Source of the DNA: an uncultured Sulfurimonas sp.
GTDB lineage: Bacteria; Campylobacterota; Campylobacteria; Campylobacterales; Sulfurimonadaceae
Direction: 5' to 3'
Length of the DNA stretch: 39,591 nt
Assembly: GCA_964652355.1 (NCBI GenBank)
Contig: CAZZAZ010000001.1
Span: 1 to 39,591 of the forward strand
Below, in pieces: positions 10,191 to 19,949 of the stretch. Position numbers and translations under genes: made by a program. The stretch's first letter is position 1. Every line of letters starts with the position of its first letter. The notes under the pieces were generated by a model that did not search any database, was not told where the DNA came from, and saw only the letters and a list, made by a program, of their open reading frames with translations.

Positions 10191-11980
10191 GTGGTAATTA
10201 TATCATTTTTTATTGTTGCACAAAGTTCTAAGAACTCTTTACCATATCTTTCAAATTTCACTTCACCGACACCATTTACTTCAAGTGCTTCTTCTTTGTT
10301 TTGAGGAAGTCTATTAGAAAAATCAACAAGTGTTTTATCTGAAAAGACTATATAAGCTGGTACACTAGCTTCTGTCGCAAGCTCTGCTCTTAAAGCACGG
10401 AAGCGTTCAAAAACTTCATCTTTTGGTTTATCATCATAAACTTTTTTACTTTTTCTCTCTTTAACATTTAGTTTATCTTCATCAATCTCAATACTTAGTT
10501 TATTTTTTAAAATACTTAAACCAAATTCTCTAAGCTTTATAGCGCGAAATTCACCTATCTCTATAGCATCTAATTCAAAAAGTCTATCAGCTATCGCAGA
10601 CCACTCACTTTTTGAGCGACTTTCACCGATACCGTAAACGGAGAGTTTATCATGGTTAAACTGCATAACTTTTTGAGCCTTTGAGCCACGAAGGACATCT
10701 ATGACATGAATCATGCCAAATTTTTGATCACATCTATATACTGCTGAAAGAAGTTTTAGTGCCTCTTGAGATATATCAACCTTACTTACTTCGCCCTTTT
10801 TGCAATTATCACAAATCTCTTCACAAGCAGATATTTCATCATCAAAATAAGACGCAATTAGTTGATGCCTACACTCTGAGGAGTTTGAAAAACTATACAT
10901 TTTACGAAGCTTGTTGTAAAGAAGCTCTTTATACTCATCATTCTCTATAGGGTCTATAAACATACGAAGTTTTGTTTCATCTGACTTGTTATACAAAAGT
11001 AAAGTAGTAGCATCAAGTCCATCACGACCGCTACGACCAATCTCTTGGTAAAAACCCTCCATTGTTTTTGGCATACTCATGTGTACAACAAAACGAATAT
11101 TTGACTTATCTATCCCCATACCAAAGGCAATAGTTGCTACAACGATATTTATCCGCTCATAAACAAAGTCTTTATATACTTTATCTCTAACTTCACTAGG
11201 AAGTCCTGCATGATAAGCCCCTACGCTAAAGCCCTGCTCTTTTAAGTAGCTTGCTACTGCTTCAACTTCTTTACGAGAAAAAGCGTAAACAATACCACAA
11301 TCACTTTTATAATCTAACAAGAAATTGTTTAGCTGAACTCTACCATTGCTATCTCTTGGCTTTGCATTTATAGTTATGTTTTTTCGTAATGTTTTTCCAC
11401 GAAGTTGTTTAGGATCTCTAAGTTTTAAAGTATTTACAATATCCTCTTGAACTCTATGTGTAGCAGTTGCAGTAAAAGCAGCTATACTGACTTCTGGAAA
11501 AAGGTCTTTTAGTCTTGAAAGGTTTCTATACTCACTTCTAAACTCATGCCCCCATTCACTTACACAGTGAGCTTCATCAACTACAAAAAAGTTTATTTTA
11601 ACTTCATGCAGTAAATCTACAAAACCATTTGCAGAGAGTCTCTCTGGAGCAATATATAAAAGTTTTAGTTCATTGTTTAAAAGTTTTTGTGTAATACCTT
11701 GTAACTCTTGGGAGTCTTGAGCAGAGCTAATCATCTCTGCTGAAATAGAGTTATTTTTTAAAGCAGTAACTTGATCTTGCATAAGTGCAATAAGTGGTGA
11801 AATAACTATAGTTACACCATCCATAACAAGTGAAGGTAGTTGATAACAAAGAGACTTACCACCACCAGTTGGTAAAATCATCATTAAATCATTTTTATTT
11901 AATATAGCTTCTACTGCATCTTGTTGAAACTCTCTAAAGTTATCATGTCCAAATACGGTTTTAAGTAGTTTTTCTGTCAT
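10187..11980 (-). CDS. recQ: ATP-dependent DNA helicase RecQ
   Basis: PTGGGKSLCYQ, DEAHCVSEWGHEFR, ATIAFGMGIDK, zinc-binding Cys cluster, RQC and HRDC domains. Confidence 0.96.
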   Translation of the reverse strand: MTEKLLKTVFGHDNFREFQQDAVEAILNKNDLMMILPTGGGKSLCYQLPSLVMDGVTIVISPLIALMQDQVTALKNNSISAEMISSAQDSQELQGITQKLLNNELKLLYIAPERLSANGFVDLLHEVKINFFVVDEAHCVSEWGHEFRSEYRNLSRLKDLFPEVSIAAFTATATHRVQEDIVNTLKLRDPKQLRGKTLRKNITINAKPRDSNGRVQLNNFLLDYKSDCGIVYAFSRKEVEAVASYLKEQGFSVGAYHAGLPSEVRDKVYKDFVYERINIVVATIAFGMGIDKSNIRFVVHMSMPKTMEGFYQEIGRSGRDGLDATTLLLYNKSDETKLRMFIDPIENDEYKELLYNKLRKMYSFSNSSECRHQLIASYFDDEISACEEICDNCKKGEVSKVDISQEALKLLSAVYRCDQKFGMIHVIDVLRGSKAQKVMQFNHDKLSVYGIGESRSKSEWSAIADRLFELDAIEIGEFRAIKLREFGLSILKNKLSIEIDEDKLNVKERKSKKVYDDKPKDEVFERFRALRAELATEASVPAYIVFSDKTLVDFSNRLPQNKEEALEVNGVGEVKFERYGKEFLELCATIKNDIITT

Positions 11981-11991
11981 TTAAAATAGTT

Positions 11992-12756
11992 TTATTTTTT
12001 ACTAACATTTGAGAGTTTTATCCACATCTCTTCTTTTGCTGGAAGCCATTTTCTTTTTTCAAAATAGCCTGTGATTTTTATATAAGATTGTGTCTTAATA
12101 TTTGAAGTAAAGGTACTTCCTTCTTCCCAAGTATATAATTTATTTCCATTTATACTGTTATAAATAACGCTATCAGATTTAAGTACAAAGGTAGCTGCTT
12201 TAAAATTGATAATTGTCTCATTTTGCTTAGGTTTTATTTTTGTATATTTTTTTTTCTTTTGAGTGTTAGCATATTTCTTTTTTAGCTTTAGTTTTGGAAA
12301 AACATTATCAGAAGATTCAAGTTCAATCACTTTACAAACAGTTTTAAGCTCTGTTTTTTTCATATTTTTCATTTGTTTTTTCAATTGTAAAAACTCATAT
12401 TCTTTGATTTTTAAAAGTTTTTTATATTTTTCTATCTCTATATCTTTTTTATCTTGATTCATCCCAGAATAGATATTTAACTTAGTGTTTAAAACATTGT
12501 TTTTTGATTTTTCATTAGTATATAATCTTTTAAAGTTTTGTATTTGTTCATCTTTTTCTACACATAAATTTACTTCAGTAAGTAAACTATCACTATCCTT
12601 ACTATACTCTCCTAACTCCTTATCTTGCAGACTTGCTTTACAATCTTCATAGTTAGAACGAAGCTCTACAATATCATTTAAAATAGATTCTATTCGTTGC
12701 ATCTCATCTGCATTTAAACTAACCAAAAGAACTAATATACTTAAAAAATATTTCAT
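11992..12756 (-). CDS. Secreted hypothetical protein (coiled coil, Lys-rich linker, beta-rich C-terminal domain)
   Basis: 254 aa; signal peptide MKYFLSILVLLVSLNA; overlaps the trmA stop by 4 nt. Confidence 0.65.
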   Translation of the reverse strand: MKYFLSILVLLVSLNADEMQRIESILNDIVELRSNYEDCKASLQDKELGEYSKDSDSLLTEVNLCVEKDEQIQNFKRLYTNEKSKNNVLNTKLNIYSGMNQDKKDIEIEKYKKLLKIKEYEFLQLKKQMKNMKKTELKTVCKVIELESSDNVFPKLKLKKKYANTQKKKKYTKIKPKQNETIINFKAATFVLKSDSVIYNSINGNKLYTWEEGSTFTSNIKTQSYIKITGYFEKRKWLPAKEEMWIKLSNVSKK

Positions 12757-13871
12757 AAATTTTTGCCTTTTTTTACTAAAGAGACACCCATCTCAACATG
12801 ATGTGTATATGGAAACTGATCAAAAAGAGCCATATCTACAACTTCATGAGTTTGAGTTAAAATACCCAAATCTCTAACAAGAGTCTCAGGATTACAAGAG
12901 ATATACAAAATATTATCATACCTTGCTGAAAATCTACATGATTCTTCATCCATACCAGATCTTGGTGGGTCAACAAAAATAGTACTTATGTTATAACTAT
13001 CTAAGTTTACTTCTTTCATACGTCTAAACTCACGAACACCATCGAGAGCTTGCGTAAACTCCTCTACTGCCATTCGTACAAACTCTATATTTGTTACATT
13101 ATTTAAAGCCATATTTGTTTTTGCAGCATTTATTGAAGACTTTGAAATCTCTGTTGCTAGAACTTTATCAAATACTTTTGCAAAAGGTATAGTAAAATTT
13201 CCTGCTCCACAATAAAGTTCAAGTAAATCTCCATCTAAAGAACTTATCTTATCAAGTGCCCAAGTTATCATCTGCTCATTTACTCTAGCATTTGGCTGTG
13301 TAAAACTATTTTCTATATAGTTAAACTTATATATTTTACCCTTTATAATTAAACTCTCAGTAATATAATCTTGTCCAATTATTAGTTTTTGTTTACGGCT
13401 TCTTCCTATGATATATATACCAAGCTCAGAGGCTATCTTTTTTGCAATAACCTGCCACTCATCATCTAGTTTTCTATGATAAAGCAAAGAGACTACTATT
13501 TCGCCACTAGATGAACTTAAGAAGTCAGCACCAAAGAGTTTAAATCCAATTTTTTCTTGAGTAATTAAACTTAAAAGTTTAGGCATTAAAGTTAAGATAT
13601 ATTTATTTACTTGAGGGCATTCTTCTATGAAAACCACTCCGCTTTTATCAGCTTTGTTCATCGCATAACGCATAACATCATCATCATGCCATATTTTAAA
13701 CTCACTTCTTGAACGGTAGTGTATATCAGGAGATTCAAAAACAGATATGTTACCACTAAAAAATGGCTCAAACCTATCTTTATTTATATCTAACTTTTGT
13801 TTTAGTTGCCCTTCGTAGCCATCCTCATAAACTATACAAGCACCACATACTCCAAAGTGTTTACATTCCAT
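12753..13871 (-). CDS. trmA: tRNA (uridine54-C5)-methyltransferase
   Basis: SFTQPN, LLELYCGAGNF, VDPPRSG, YISCNPETL and DQFPYTHHVE motifs. Confidence 0.95.
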   Translation of the reverse strand: MECKHFGVCGACIVYEDGYEGQLKQKLDINKDRFEPFFSGNISVFESPDIHYRSRSEFKIWHDDDVMRYAMNKADKSGVVFIEECPQVNKYILTLMPKLLSLITQEKIGFKLFGADFLSSSSGEIVVSLLYHRKLDDEWQVIAKKIASELGIYIIGRSRKQKLIIGQDYITESLIIKGKIYKFNYIENSFTQPNARVNEQMITWALDKISSLDGDLLELYCGAGNFTIPFAKVFDKVLATEISKSSINAAKTNMALNNVTNIEFVRMAVEEFTQALDGVREFRRMKEVNLDSYNISTIFVDPPRSGMDEESCRFSARYDNILYISCNPETLVRDLGILTQTHEVVDMALFDQFPYTHHVEMGVSLVKKGKNL

Positions 13872-13879
13872 AAACTAAC

Positions 13880-14614
13880 TCACTTTATAGAGGCAATTAG
13901 ATTGCCGATAAGAAGATTCCAACCATCAATAAGAACAAAAACTAGTATCTTAAAGGGTAAGGATATCATTACTGGTGGGAGCATCATCATACCCATAGAC
14001 ATCAAGATAGACGCAACAACCATATCAATAACTAAAAATGGCAAAAAGAGTAAAAAACCTATCTCAAAAGCAGTTTTTAACTCACTAATAACAAAAGCAG
14101 GAATTATTACAGACAAAGGGACTTCATCAACAGTTGCAGGATTTTCCATTTTTCTAATTCTAAAAAATAGAGCTAAATCTTTTTCTCTAGTATTTCTAAT
14201 CATAAAGTTTTTAAAAGGTAATGCAGTTTTTGAAAATGCCTCCTCATAACCCATTTTTTCTTCTATATATGGCTTTATTCCAGCTTCATAAGCTTTTGTA
14301 CCAACAGGTTCCATCACAAAAAATGTAAGTATCATGGCAAGCATTACTAATAGTTGTGTAGGTGGTACTTGTTGAGTACCTAAAGCCTGGCGTAAAAAAC
14401 CAAATACTATAACAAACCTTGTAAAAGTTGTCATCACTAATACCATAGATGGTGCTAAAAAAAGCAGTGTTAAAAGTACAAGTACGTTTAGTGAAGATAC
14501 TAACTGCTGTGGAGTATCTGGCGCAGCTAAGTTGAAGTTCATGGTTGGAACAGCTACAGATTCAGCCCCAAGAAGGGAAACTAATCCCAAAAGTACGATA
14601 AGCAGTCTTATCAT
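13880..14614 (-). CDS. fliP: Flagellar export gate protein FliP
   Basis: LRQALGTQQVPP, PAFVISELKTAF and MGMMMLPP motifs. Confidence 0.97.
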   Translation of the reverse strand: MIRLLIVLLGLVSLLGAESVAVPTMNFNLAAPDTPQQLVSSLNVLVLLTLLFLAPSMVLVMTTFTRFVIVFGFLRQALGTQQVPPTQLLVMLAMILTFFVMEPVGTKAYEAGIKPYIEEKMGYEEAFSKTALPFKNFMIRNTREKDLALFFRIRKMENPATVDEVPLSVIIPAFVISELKTAFEIGFLLFLPFLVIDMVVASILMSMGMMMLPPVMISLPFKILVFVLIDGWNLLIGNLIASIK

Positions 14615-15390
14615 TATTTAGTAGCTGCTTTATCTAAGACTGATTGTCTAACTTTTGATTCTTGATCTGGTTTAGCACCAAAAAAGTGAATCTCTACACG
14701 TCTATTTTTTTCTCGTCCACTTTTTGTAGCATTTGTAGCTTTTGGTGAATACTCTGCGTAACCTGAAGCACTAACCCTCTTTGGATCAACACCATCAAGA
14801 ATAAGTTCTTGCAAAACTGATATACCACGAGCAGATGAAAGCTCCCAGTTATCCTTAAAAGGGCTTTTAGCCCCTGGTTGAGTATTGTCAGTATGACCTT
14901 GCACGCTAACTTTAACCTCATTTGGAAGCTCATCAATAATAAGTGCAATTCGTTTCAAAAATAGTAAAGCATCTTCATTTTCTATAACAGCAGAGCCTGG
15001 TTTAAACAAAAGTGCAGCTGGAAGTTCTATGACAAAACCATCCTGCGCTTCTTCTAAAGATATTGCTGGACCCTTACCTTTTTCCATCATCTCATTTGCA
15101 TCAGTAAGTGCTTGAGAAACTTTATTTACAGTGTTTGAAGTTTCATCACTAGAGTCTATAGGAGTTGATTCTTGAATACGCTTTTTAGATACTTCAGTCT
15201 TTATACCCCCCTCCAAAACACTCATTGCACCTGAGAGTGACCCAATAGCTTCAGATACTTTTTTAGCATCCATGCTTGACATTGAAAGAAGTAAAACAAA
15301 AAAACATAAGAGTAAAGACATTAAATCCCCGAAGGCTGCGAGCCATGCAGGTAGACACTCTTCACACTCTGGACATTTTTGCTTAGCCAT
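14614..15390 (-). CDS. motB: Flagellar stator B subunit (PomB/MotB)
   Basis: WLAAFGDLMSLLLCFFVLL TM helix; OmpA-like domain with GHTD, NWELSSAR and NRRVEI. Confidence 0.93.
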   Translation of the reverse strand: MAKQKCPECEECLPAWLAAFGDLMSLLLCFFVLLLSMSSMDAKKVSEAIGSLSGAMSVLEGGIKTEVSKKRIQESTPIDSSDETSNTVNKVSQALTDANEMMEKGKGPAISLEEAQDGFVIELPAALLFKPGSAVIENEDALLFLKRIALIIDELPNEVKVSVQGHTDNTQPGAKSPFKDNWELSSARGISVLQELILDGVDPKRVSASGYAEYSPKATNATKSGREKNRRVEIHFFGAKPDQESKVRQSVLDKAATK

Positions 15391-15402
15391 TATTTACACT
15401 CA

Positions 15403-16167
15403 CTAGTCAAACTGACTTACACGATTTTCAGGAGCTAAGTAAGCTAAAAGCTTTGCTTCTAAAACTCTTGGTGCATCACCTGATTGAATAGACATAATTC
15501 CAGATAAAATCATCTGCTTTACCATCATCTCATCTTCATTTCTAGTTGCGAGAATATTATAAATTGGTGTCCCAAAAACATTACCAATAATCGCACCGTA
15601 CATTGTAGTAAGTAAAGCAACCGCCATCGATGGTCCAATAGCTGAAGGATCTGCCATGTTTAGAAGCATCGCAACAAGACCAATAAGTGTACCAACCATA
15701 CCCATAGCTCCAGCAAGTCCAGCCCATTGGTTAAAAATAGCACCGTAAGCCTTATGACGTACACTCGCTTGTTCTGCATCTATCTCTAAAAGTTCACGAA
15801 TCGTATCTGGTTCACTTCCATCAATAGCCATAGACAAACCTTTTTTTAAGAACACATTTTCTTCATTATTTACTTCGCTTTCTAAAGCCAAGATACCATC
15901 TTTTCTAGCTTTTGTTGCAAAGTCAACAAGTTTTTTAATCAGTTCAACTTCATCTTCAATAGTTGGTTTTATTGCCATCATAAAGATTTTAGTAAATTTT
16001 TTCATTTGTGATGGTTTAAAGGAGATCATTAACGCACCCATAGAACCACCAACAACAATTAAAACAGATGGAATATCAATGTATGCACCAACACCAACAC
16101 CCATACTCATAGCACCCAATAAAAGTGCCATAATCAGAACAATACCAATGACCGTACCTAAATCCAT
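15403..16167 (-). CDS. motA: Flagellar stator A subunit (PomA/MotA)
   Basis: ARKDGILALE, GMVGTLIGLVAML and AVALLTTMYG motifs. Confidence 0.93.
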   Translation of the reverse strand: MDLGTVIGIVLIMALLLGAMSMGVGVGAYIDIPSVLIVVGGSMGALMISFKPSQMKKFTKIFMMAIKPTIEDEVELIKKLVDFATKARKDGILALESEVNNEENVFLKKGLSMAIDGSEPDTIRELLEIDAEQASVRHKAYGAIFNQWAGLAGAMGMVGTLIGLVAMLLNMADPSAIGPSMAVALLTTMYGAIIGNVFGTPIYNILATRNEDEMMVKQMILSGIMSIQSGDAPRVLEAKLLAYLAPENRVSQFD

Positions 16168-16242
16168 TTAAAAAGCCTTGTTGTAAAATATTAGCTTATA
16201 ATACCACAAAAAATATTACATCAAACATTAAAAATAGATTTT

Positions 16243-16251
16243 TGCTATAAT
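16243..16251 (+). promoter_or_regulatory. Extended -10 sigma70 promoter for glmU
   Basis: TGCTATAAT 35 nt upstream of the glmU start; typical Campylobacterota TGnTATAAT. Confidence 0.65.
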
Positions 16252-16285
16252 TCTTAGAAAATACTCCCCAGAAATGAGACTTTAA

Positions 16286-17590
16286 ATGAATAAAAATAAA
16301 GTAAGTATAATAATTTTAGCTGCCGGAAAAGGCAGTAGAATGAAGTCTAGCAAAGCTAAAGTTCTTCATAATATTTCTGGTAAACCTATGCTTTACCACA
16401 TCATAAAATCATCTCGTGAAATCAGTGATGATGTTACAGTTATAATTGCCCATCAAAAGGAAGATGTGAAGGAAAAAATGCTTTCATTTTTTAATGATAT
16501 AAACTTTGTAGTTCAAGATACAAATAACTTCCCTGGAACTGGTGGAGCGCTAAAAAATATAAATGTAAAAAATGAAAAAGTATTAGTTTTAAATGGAGAC
16601 ATGCCTCTAATAACTGCTTCATCTTTAGATGGGTTTTTGAATACAAATGCACAAGTTATTATGTCTATTTTTAAACTTCAAAATCCTGATGGTTATGGTC
16701 GCGTTATTATAAACAATAACAATGTAATAAAGATAGTCGAACAAAAAGATGCTTCAGAAGATGAACTAAAAGTACAAACTGTAAATGCAGGTATTTATGC
16801 TTTTTCTAAAACTATTTTAGAAAAGTATATACCACTTTTAGATAATAATAATGCCCAAGAGGAATACTACCTTACAGATATTATAGAGATGGCAAGAGCT
16901 GATAAAATAGAAGTTGCACCACTACTTGTAAATGAAGATGAATTTAAAGGCGTAAATTCTAAAAAAGATTTAGCTAATGCTGAAGTTATCATGCAAAATA
17001 ATATAAAAAATTCACTTATGCTTAGTGGTATAACAATGCAACTACCAGAGACTATATATATAGATGAAGGAGTTACTTTTGAGGGCGAATGTATCATCGA
17101 AAATGGATGTCGTTTAACAGGGAACACTCTTATACATAACTCACATATAAAATCTGGGACAATTATAGAAGATTCTATAGTTAAAAATTCTGATATTGGA
17201 CCACTTGCACATCTTCGTCCGGCTTCATATCTAGAAGATACTCATATAGGAAACTTTGTAGAGGTTAAAAAAAGCTCACTAAAAGGTGTAAAAGCTGGAC
17301 ATCTCAGTTATATTGGAGATGCCCAAGTTGATGAGGGTACAAATATTGGAGCAGGTGTTATCACTTGTAACTATGATGGTATAAAAAAATACAAAACTAT
17401 AATTGGAAAAAATGTTTTTGTTGGAAGTGATAGCCAACTAATAGCTCCAATAACCATAGAAGACGATGTTATGATAGCTGCTGGAACAACTTTAACAAGT
17501 CCAAAAGTTGAAAAAGGCTCATTGGCGATTAGTAGGACTAAACTTCGTACTATTAAAGATTTTTACTATAAATTTTTTAAGGATTCATAA
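16286..17590 (+). CDS. glmU: Bifunctional UDP-GlcNAc pyrophosphorylase / GlcN-1-P acetyltransferase
   Basis: LAAGKGSRMKS, GDMPL, GYGR, EYYLTD, hexapeptide repeats and ITCNYDG. Confidence 0.97.
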   Translation: MNKNKVSIIILAAGKGSRMKSSKAKVLHNISGKPMLYHIIKSSREISDDVTVIIAHQKEDVKEKMLSFFNDINFVVQDTNNFPGTGGALKNINVKNEKVLVLNGDMPLITASSLDGFLNTNAQVIMSIFKLQNPDGYGRVIINNNNVIKIVEQKDASEDELKVQTVNAGIYAFSKTILEKYIPLLDNNNAQEEYYLTDIIEMARADKIEVAPLLVNEDEFKGVNSKKDLANAEVIMQNNIKNSLMLSGITMQLPETIYIDEGVTFEGECIIENGCRLTGNTLIHNSHIKSGTIIEDSIVKNSDIGPLAHLRPASYLEDTHIGNFVEVKKSSLKGVKAGHLSYIGDAQVDEGTNIGAGVITCNYDGIKKYKTIIGKNVFVGSDSQLIAPITIEDDVMIAAGTTLTSPKVEKGSLAISRTKLRTIKDFYYKFFKDS

Positions 17591-17607
17591 CTATATATAA
17601 CATTTAT

Positions 17608-17634
17608 TAAAGTTTTAGAAAAATTGTCCGATTT
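17608..17634 (+). promoter_or_regulatory. Sigma28 (FliA)-type promoter
   Basis: TAAA-N15-TCCGATTT versus consensus TAAA-N15-GCCGATAA, 34 nt upstream of the ORF at 17669. Confidence 0.65.
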
Positions 17635-17668
17635 TAAGACTTATATATGATTAAATAAGGGAAACATA

Positions 17669-18004
17669 ATGAAAAAAGGGATGAATATACTTTTTGTATC
17701 TTTAGTAGTTGCACTACTTAGTTCTAGCGCTCTTGAAGCTAGAGAGGCACAAACTGGTGCACCAACGACAACAGTAAAAACACAAACTGCACCAGCTCCA
17801 ACACCAGTACAAAAAGTTAAAAGAAGAGCTTCTGGTAAATGTACAAATTGTGCAAACTCTAATATGTCAAACACATACTCAGAGACTACACTAAAAGCTT
17901 GTGCTGAAAAAGTAAAAACTGTTGTATATAGAGACTCATGTGGAAATGGATGTGGATTTCCAGTTTCCGTAAGAGTTCCATCAAATTGTAGAGGAAATAT
18001 ATAA
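17669..18004 (+). CDS. Small secreted Cys-rich hypothetical protein
   Basis: 111 aa; AAGGG RBS; signal peptide ending ALEA; Thr/Pro-rich linker; six Cys; TAATG overlap with the next gene. Confidence 0.75.
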   Translation: MKKGMNILFVSLVVALLSSSALEAREAQTGAPTTTVKTQTAPAPTPVQKVKRRASGKCTNCANSNMSNTYSETTLKACAEKVKTVVYRDSCGNGCGFPVSVRVPSNCRGNI

Positions 18005-18585
18005 TGAAGAAGCTATTATTAACACTAATCTTAAGTCTTGGACTATCAGTAAGTCTTGCAGCTGAACATGTAAAATATGTTAACTCATCGTACACTGATG
18101 CAGGTAAAATCAACCAACTAGTTAGCTCAATGAGTGATCAACTTACGCTAAATAAAAACTTTACAAATATCTCAGCTCCAGTGATTGCGATTACTTCATT
18201 TGTATGCTTAGAAGACTTTGGTGTAACAACTAGACTTAGCAACATTTTAAGTGAAAACTTTATCCATGAGATGCAAGTTCGTGGTTACAAAGTTATAGAC
18301 TTTAAAATGATGGAAAAAATCAAAATTGATAAAAAAGGTGACTTCCTTTTCTCTCGTGATGTTGAAAAACTAAGAAAAACTCTAAATATAAACTATGCCC
18401 TTACTGGTACATATACTGACTATAGAGATGGTACAGTTATAAACGCAAGAATTATAAATCTAAAAACTCATATAGTGCTTTCAACTGCGCAAGTTTTCAT
18501 ACCAAAACAAACACTTAGACGCATAACTCGTTCATCTAATAAAATGGTTGATTTTAAGTCAAACACGATCTCACTTTCTAAATAA
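18004..18585 (+). CDS. FlgO-family periplasmic/outer-membrane-associated protein
   Basis: IAITSFV.L, LSENFIHEMQVRGYKVIDFK, GDFLFSRD, LTGTY and INARII pattern of the FlgO domain; signal peptide. Confidence 0.8.
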   Translation: MKKLLLTLILSLGLSVSLAAEHVKYVNSSYTDAGKINQLVSSMSDQLTLNKNFTNISAPVIAITSFVCLEDFGVTTRLSNILSENFIHEMQVRGYKVIDFKMMEKIKIDKKGDFLFSRDVEKLRKTLNINYALTGTYTDYRDGTVINARIINLKTHIVLSTAQVFIPKQTLRRITRSSNKMVDFKSNTISLSK

Positions 18586-18597
18586 TCTCTTATATAA

Positions 18598-18622
18598 ATT
18601 AGGCACTTTTTTTGTGTCTAAT
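18598..18622. terminator. Hairpin after the FlgO gene, possible terminator
   Basis: ATTAGGCAC-T7-GTGTCTAAT, 9-bp stem with one G-U pair; weak U tail. Confidence 0.45.
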
Positions 18623-18640
18623 CTTCTTACAAACTCCTTA

Positions 18641-18649
18641 TGCTATAAT
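18641..18649 (+). promoter_or_regulatory. Extended -10 sigma70 promoter for the coaBC-truA operon
   Basis: TGCTATAAT followed by AAGGA RBS and ATG at 18677. Confidence 0.7.
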
Positions 18650-18676
18650 CACACTAAATATTAAGGATGTTTATCT

Positions 18677-19945
18677 ATGCTAATACCAGAAAATTTACTT
18701 CAAAACAAAAAGATACTTTTAGGTGTAACTGGCTCTATTGCTGTGTATAAATCACTTGAACTTGTAAGATTTTTTGTAAAAGCTGGAGCAGAAGTAAAAG
18801 TTGTTATGAGTGAATCAGCAAAAAAATTTATAACGCCACTCACTTTTGAAACACTAACTTCAAACAGAACTCTTGATGATACAAATGAAGATTGGACAAA
18901 CAATCACAATCACATAAAAGCTGGAGAATGGGCTGACTTGTTTGTTATAGCTCCGGCAACTGCGAACACTATAGCAAAACTTGCAAATGCAATAGCTGAC
19001 AATATCTTACTTCAATGTGCCCTTGCCTATCCCAATAAAAAAATCATAGCACCATCAGCAAACACAAATATGCTTGAGAATCCTATGACAAAAGCAAACC
19101 TAAAAATGTTAGGTATTGCAAACTATGAGATAATAGATACACAGGTAAAAGAGCTAGCTTGTAAAACTACTGGTGATGGAGCTATGGCTGAACCACAAGA
19201 AGTTTTTTGGCACTGTGCAAAAGCTCTACTTCGTGATGAGTTTTGGTCCGATAGACGAGTTATAGTTACTGGTGGTGGTACAGTTGAGAAGATTGATGAT
19301 GTTCGTTATATCTCAAACTATTCAAGTGGAAAGATGGCTTCATCTTTAGCTACTGCACTTTACTGCAAAGGTGCTGATGTAAATTTAATAGCTACAAAGT
19401 TTGAAGATAATATCCCACAAGATTTATATACTATCGATGTTGATGATTCGGCTGAGATGTTAGAGTACTTAACTGATTCTATCCGAATTGCAAAAAAAGG
19501 TAAACTTTCAAAAGCATCACTAATGAGTGATGAGCAAATCAAACTAATCCAGAAAAAACCATATCTTTTTATGGCAGCAGCTGTAAGTGACTATATACCT
19601 GCTTTTGCTCAAGAGGGAAAACTTAAAAAAGAGATGCTTGGCTCAGAGTGGGATCTAAAACTAAAACAAAATATTGATATTTTAGACTCTATAGATAAAA
19701 CAGATATTGTCACTGTTGGTTTTAAAGCGGAAATGGACTCTTCAAATGCACTTAACAATGCTTCAAAAATGATAGATACTAAAAATATTGATGCTGTATG
19801 TTTAAATATTTTAAAAGATTCAACTAGCTTTGGCTCAGATACAAATGAGATAGACTTTATAACACCATCTGGTGCACAAAAACTACAAAGTGCTGATAAG
19901 CTAAGTATCTCTTTTAACATATTAGATCATGCAAAGGTTCTATAA
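18677..19945 (+). CDS. coaBC: Phosphopantothenoylcysteine decarboxylase/ligase
   Basis: GVTGSIAVYK, APATANTIAK, LACK..GDG, ISNYSSGKM, AAVSDY and VGFKAE motifs. Confidence 0.96.
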   Translation: MLIPENLLQNKKILLGVTGSIAVYKSLELVRFFVKAGAEVKVVMSESAKKFITPLTFETLTSNRTLDDTNEDWTNNHNHIKAGEWADLFVIAPATANTIAKLANAIADNILLQCALAYPNKKIIAPSANTNMLENPMTKANLKMLGIANYEIIDTQVKELACKTTGDGAMAEPQEVFWHCAKALLRDEFWSDRRVIVTGGGTVEKIDDVRYISNYSSGKMASSLATALYCKGADVNLIATKFEDNIPQDLYTIDVDDSAEMLEYLTDSIRIAKKGKLSKASLMSDEQIKLIQKKPYLFMAAAVSDYIPAFAQEGKLKKEMLGSEWDLKLKQNIDILDSIDKTDIVTVGFKAEMDSSNALNNASKMIDTKNIDAVCLNILKDSTSFGSDTNEIDFITPSGAQKLQSADKLSISFNILDHAKVL

Positions 19946-19949
19946 GTAG

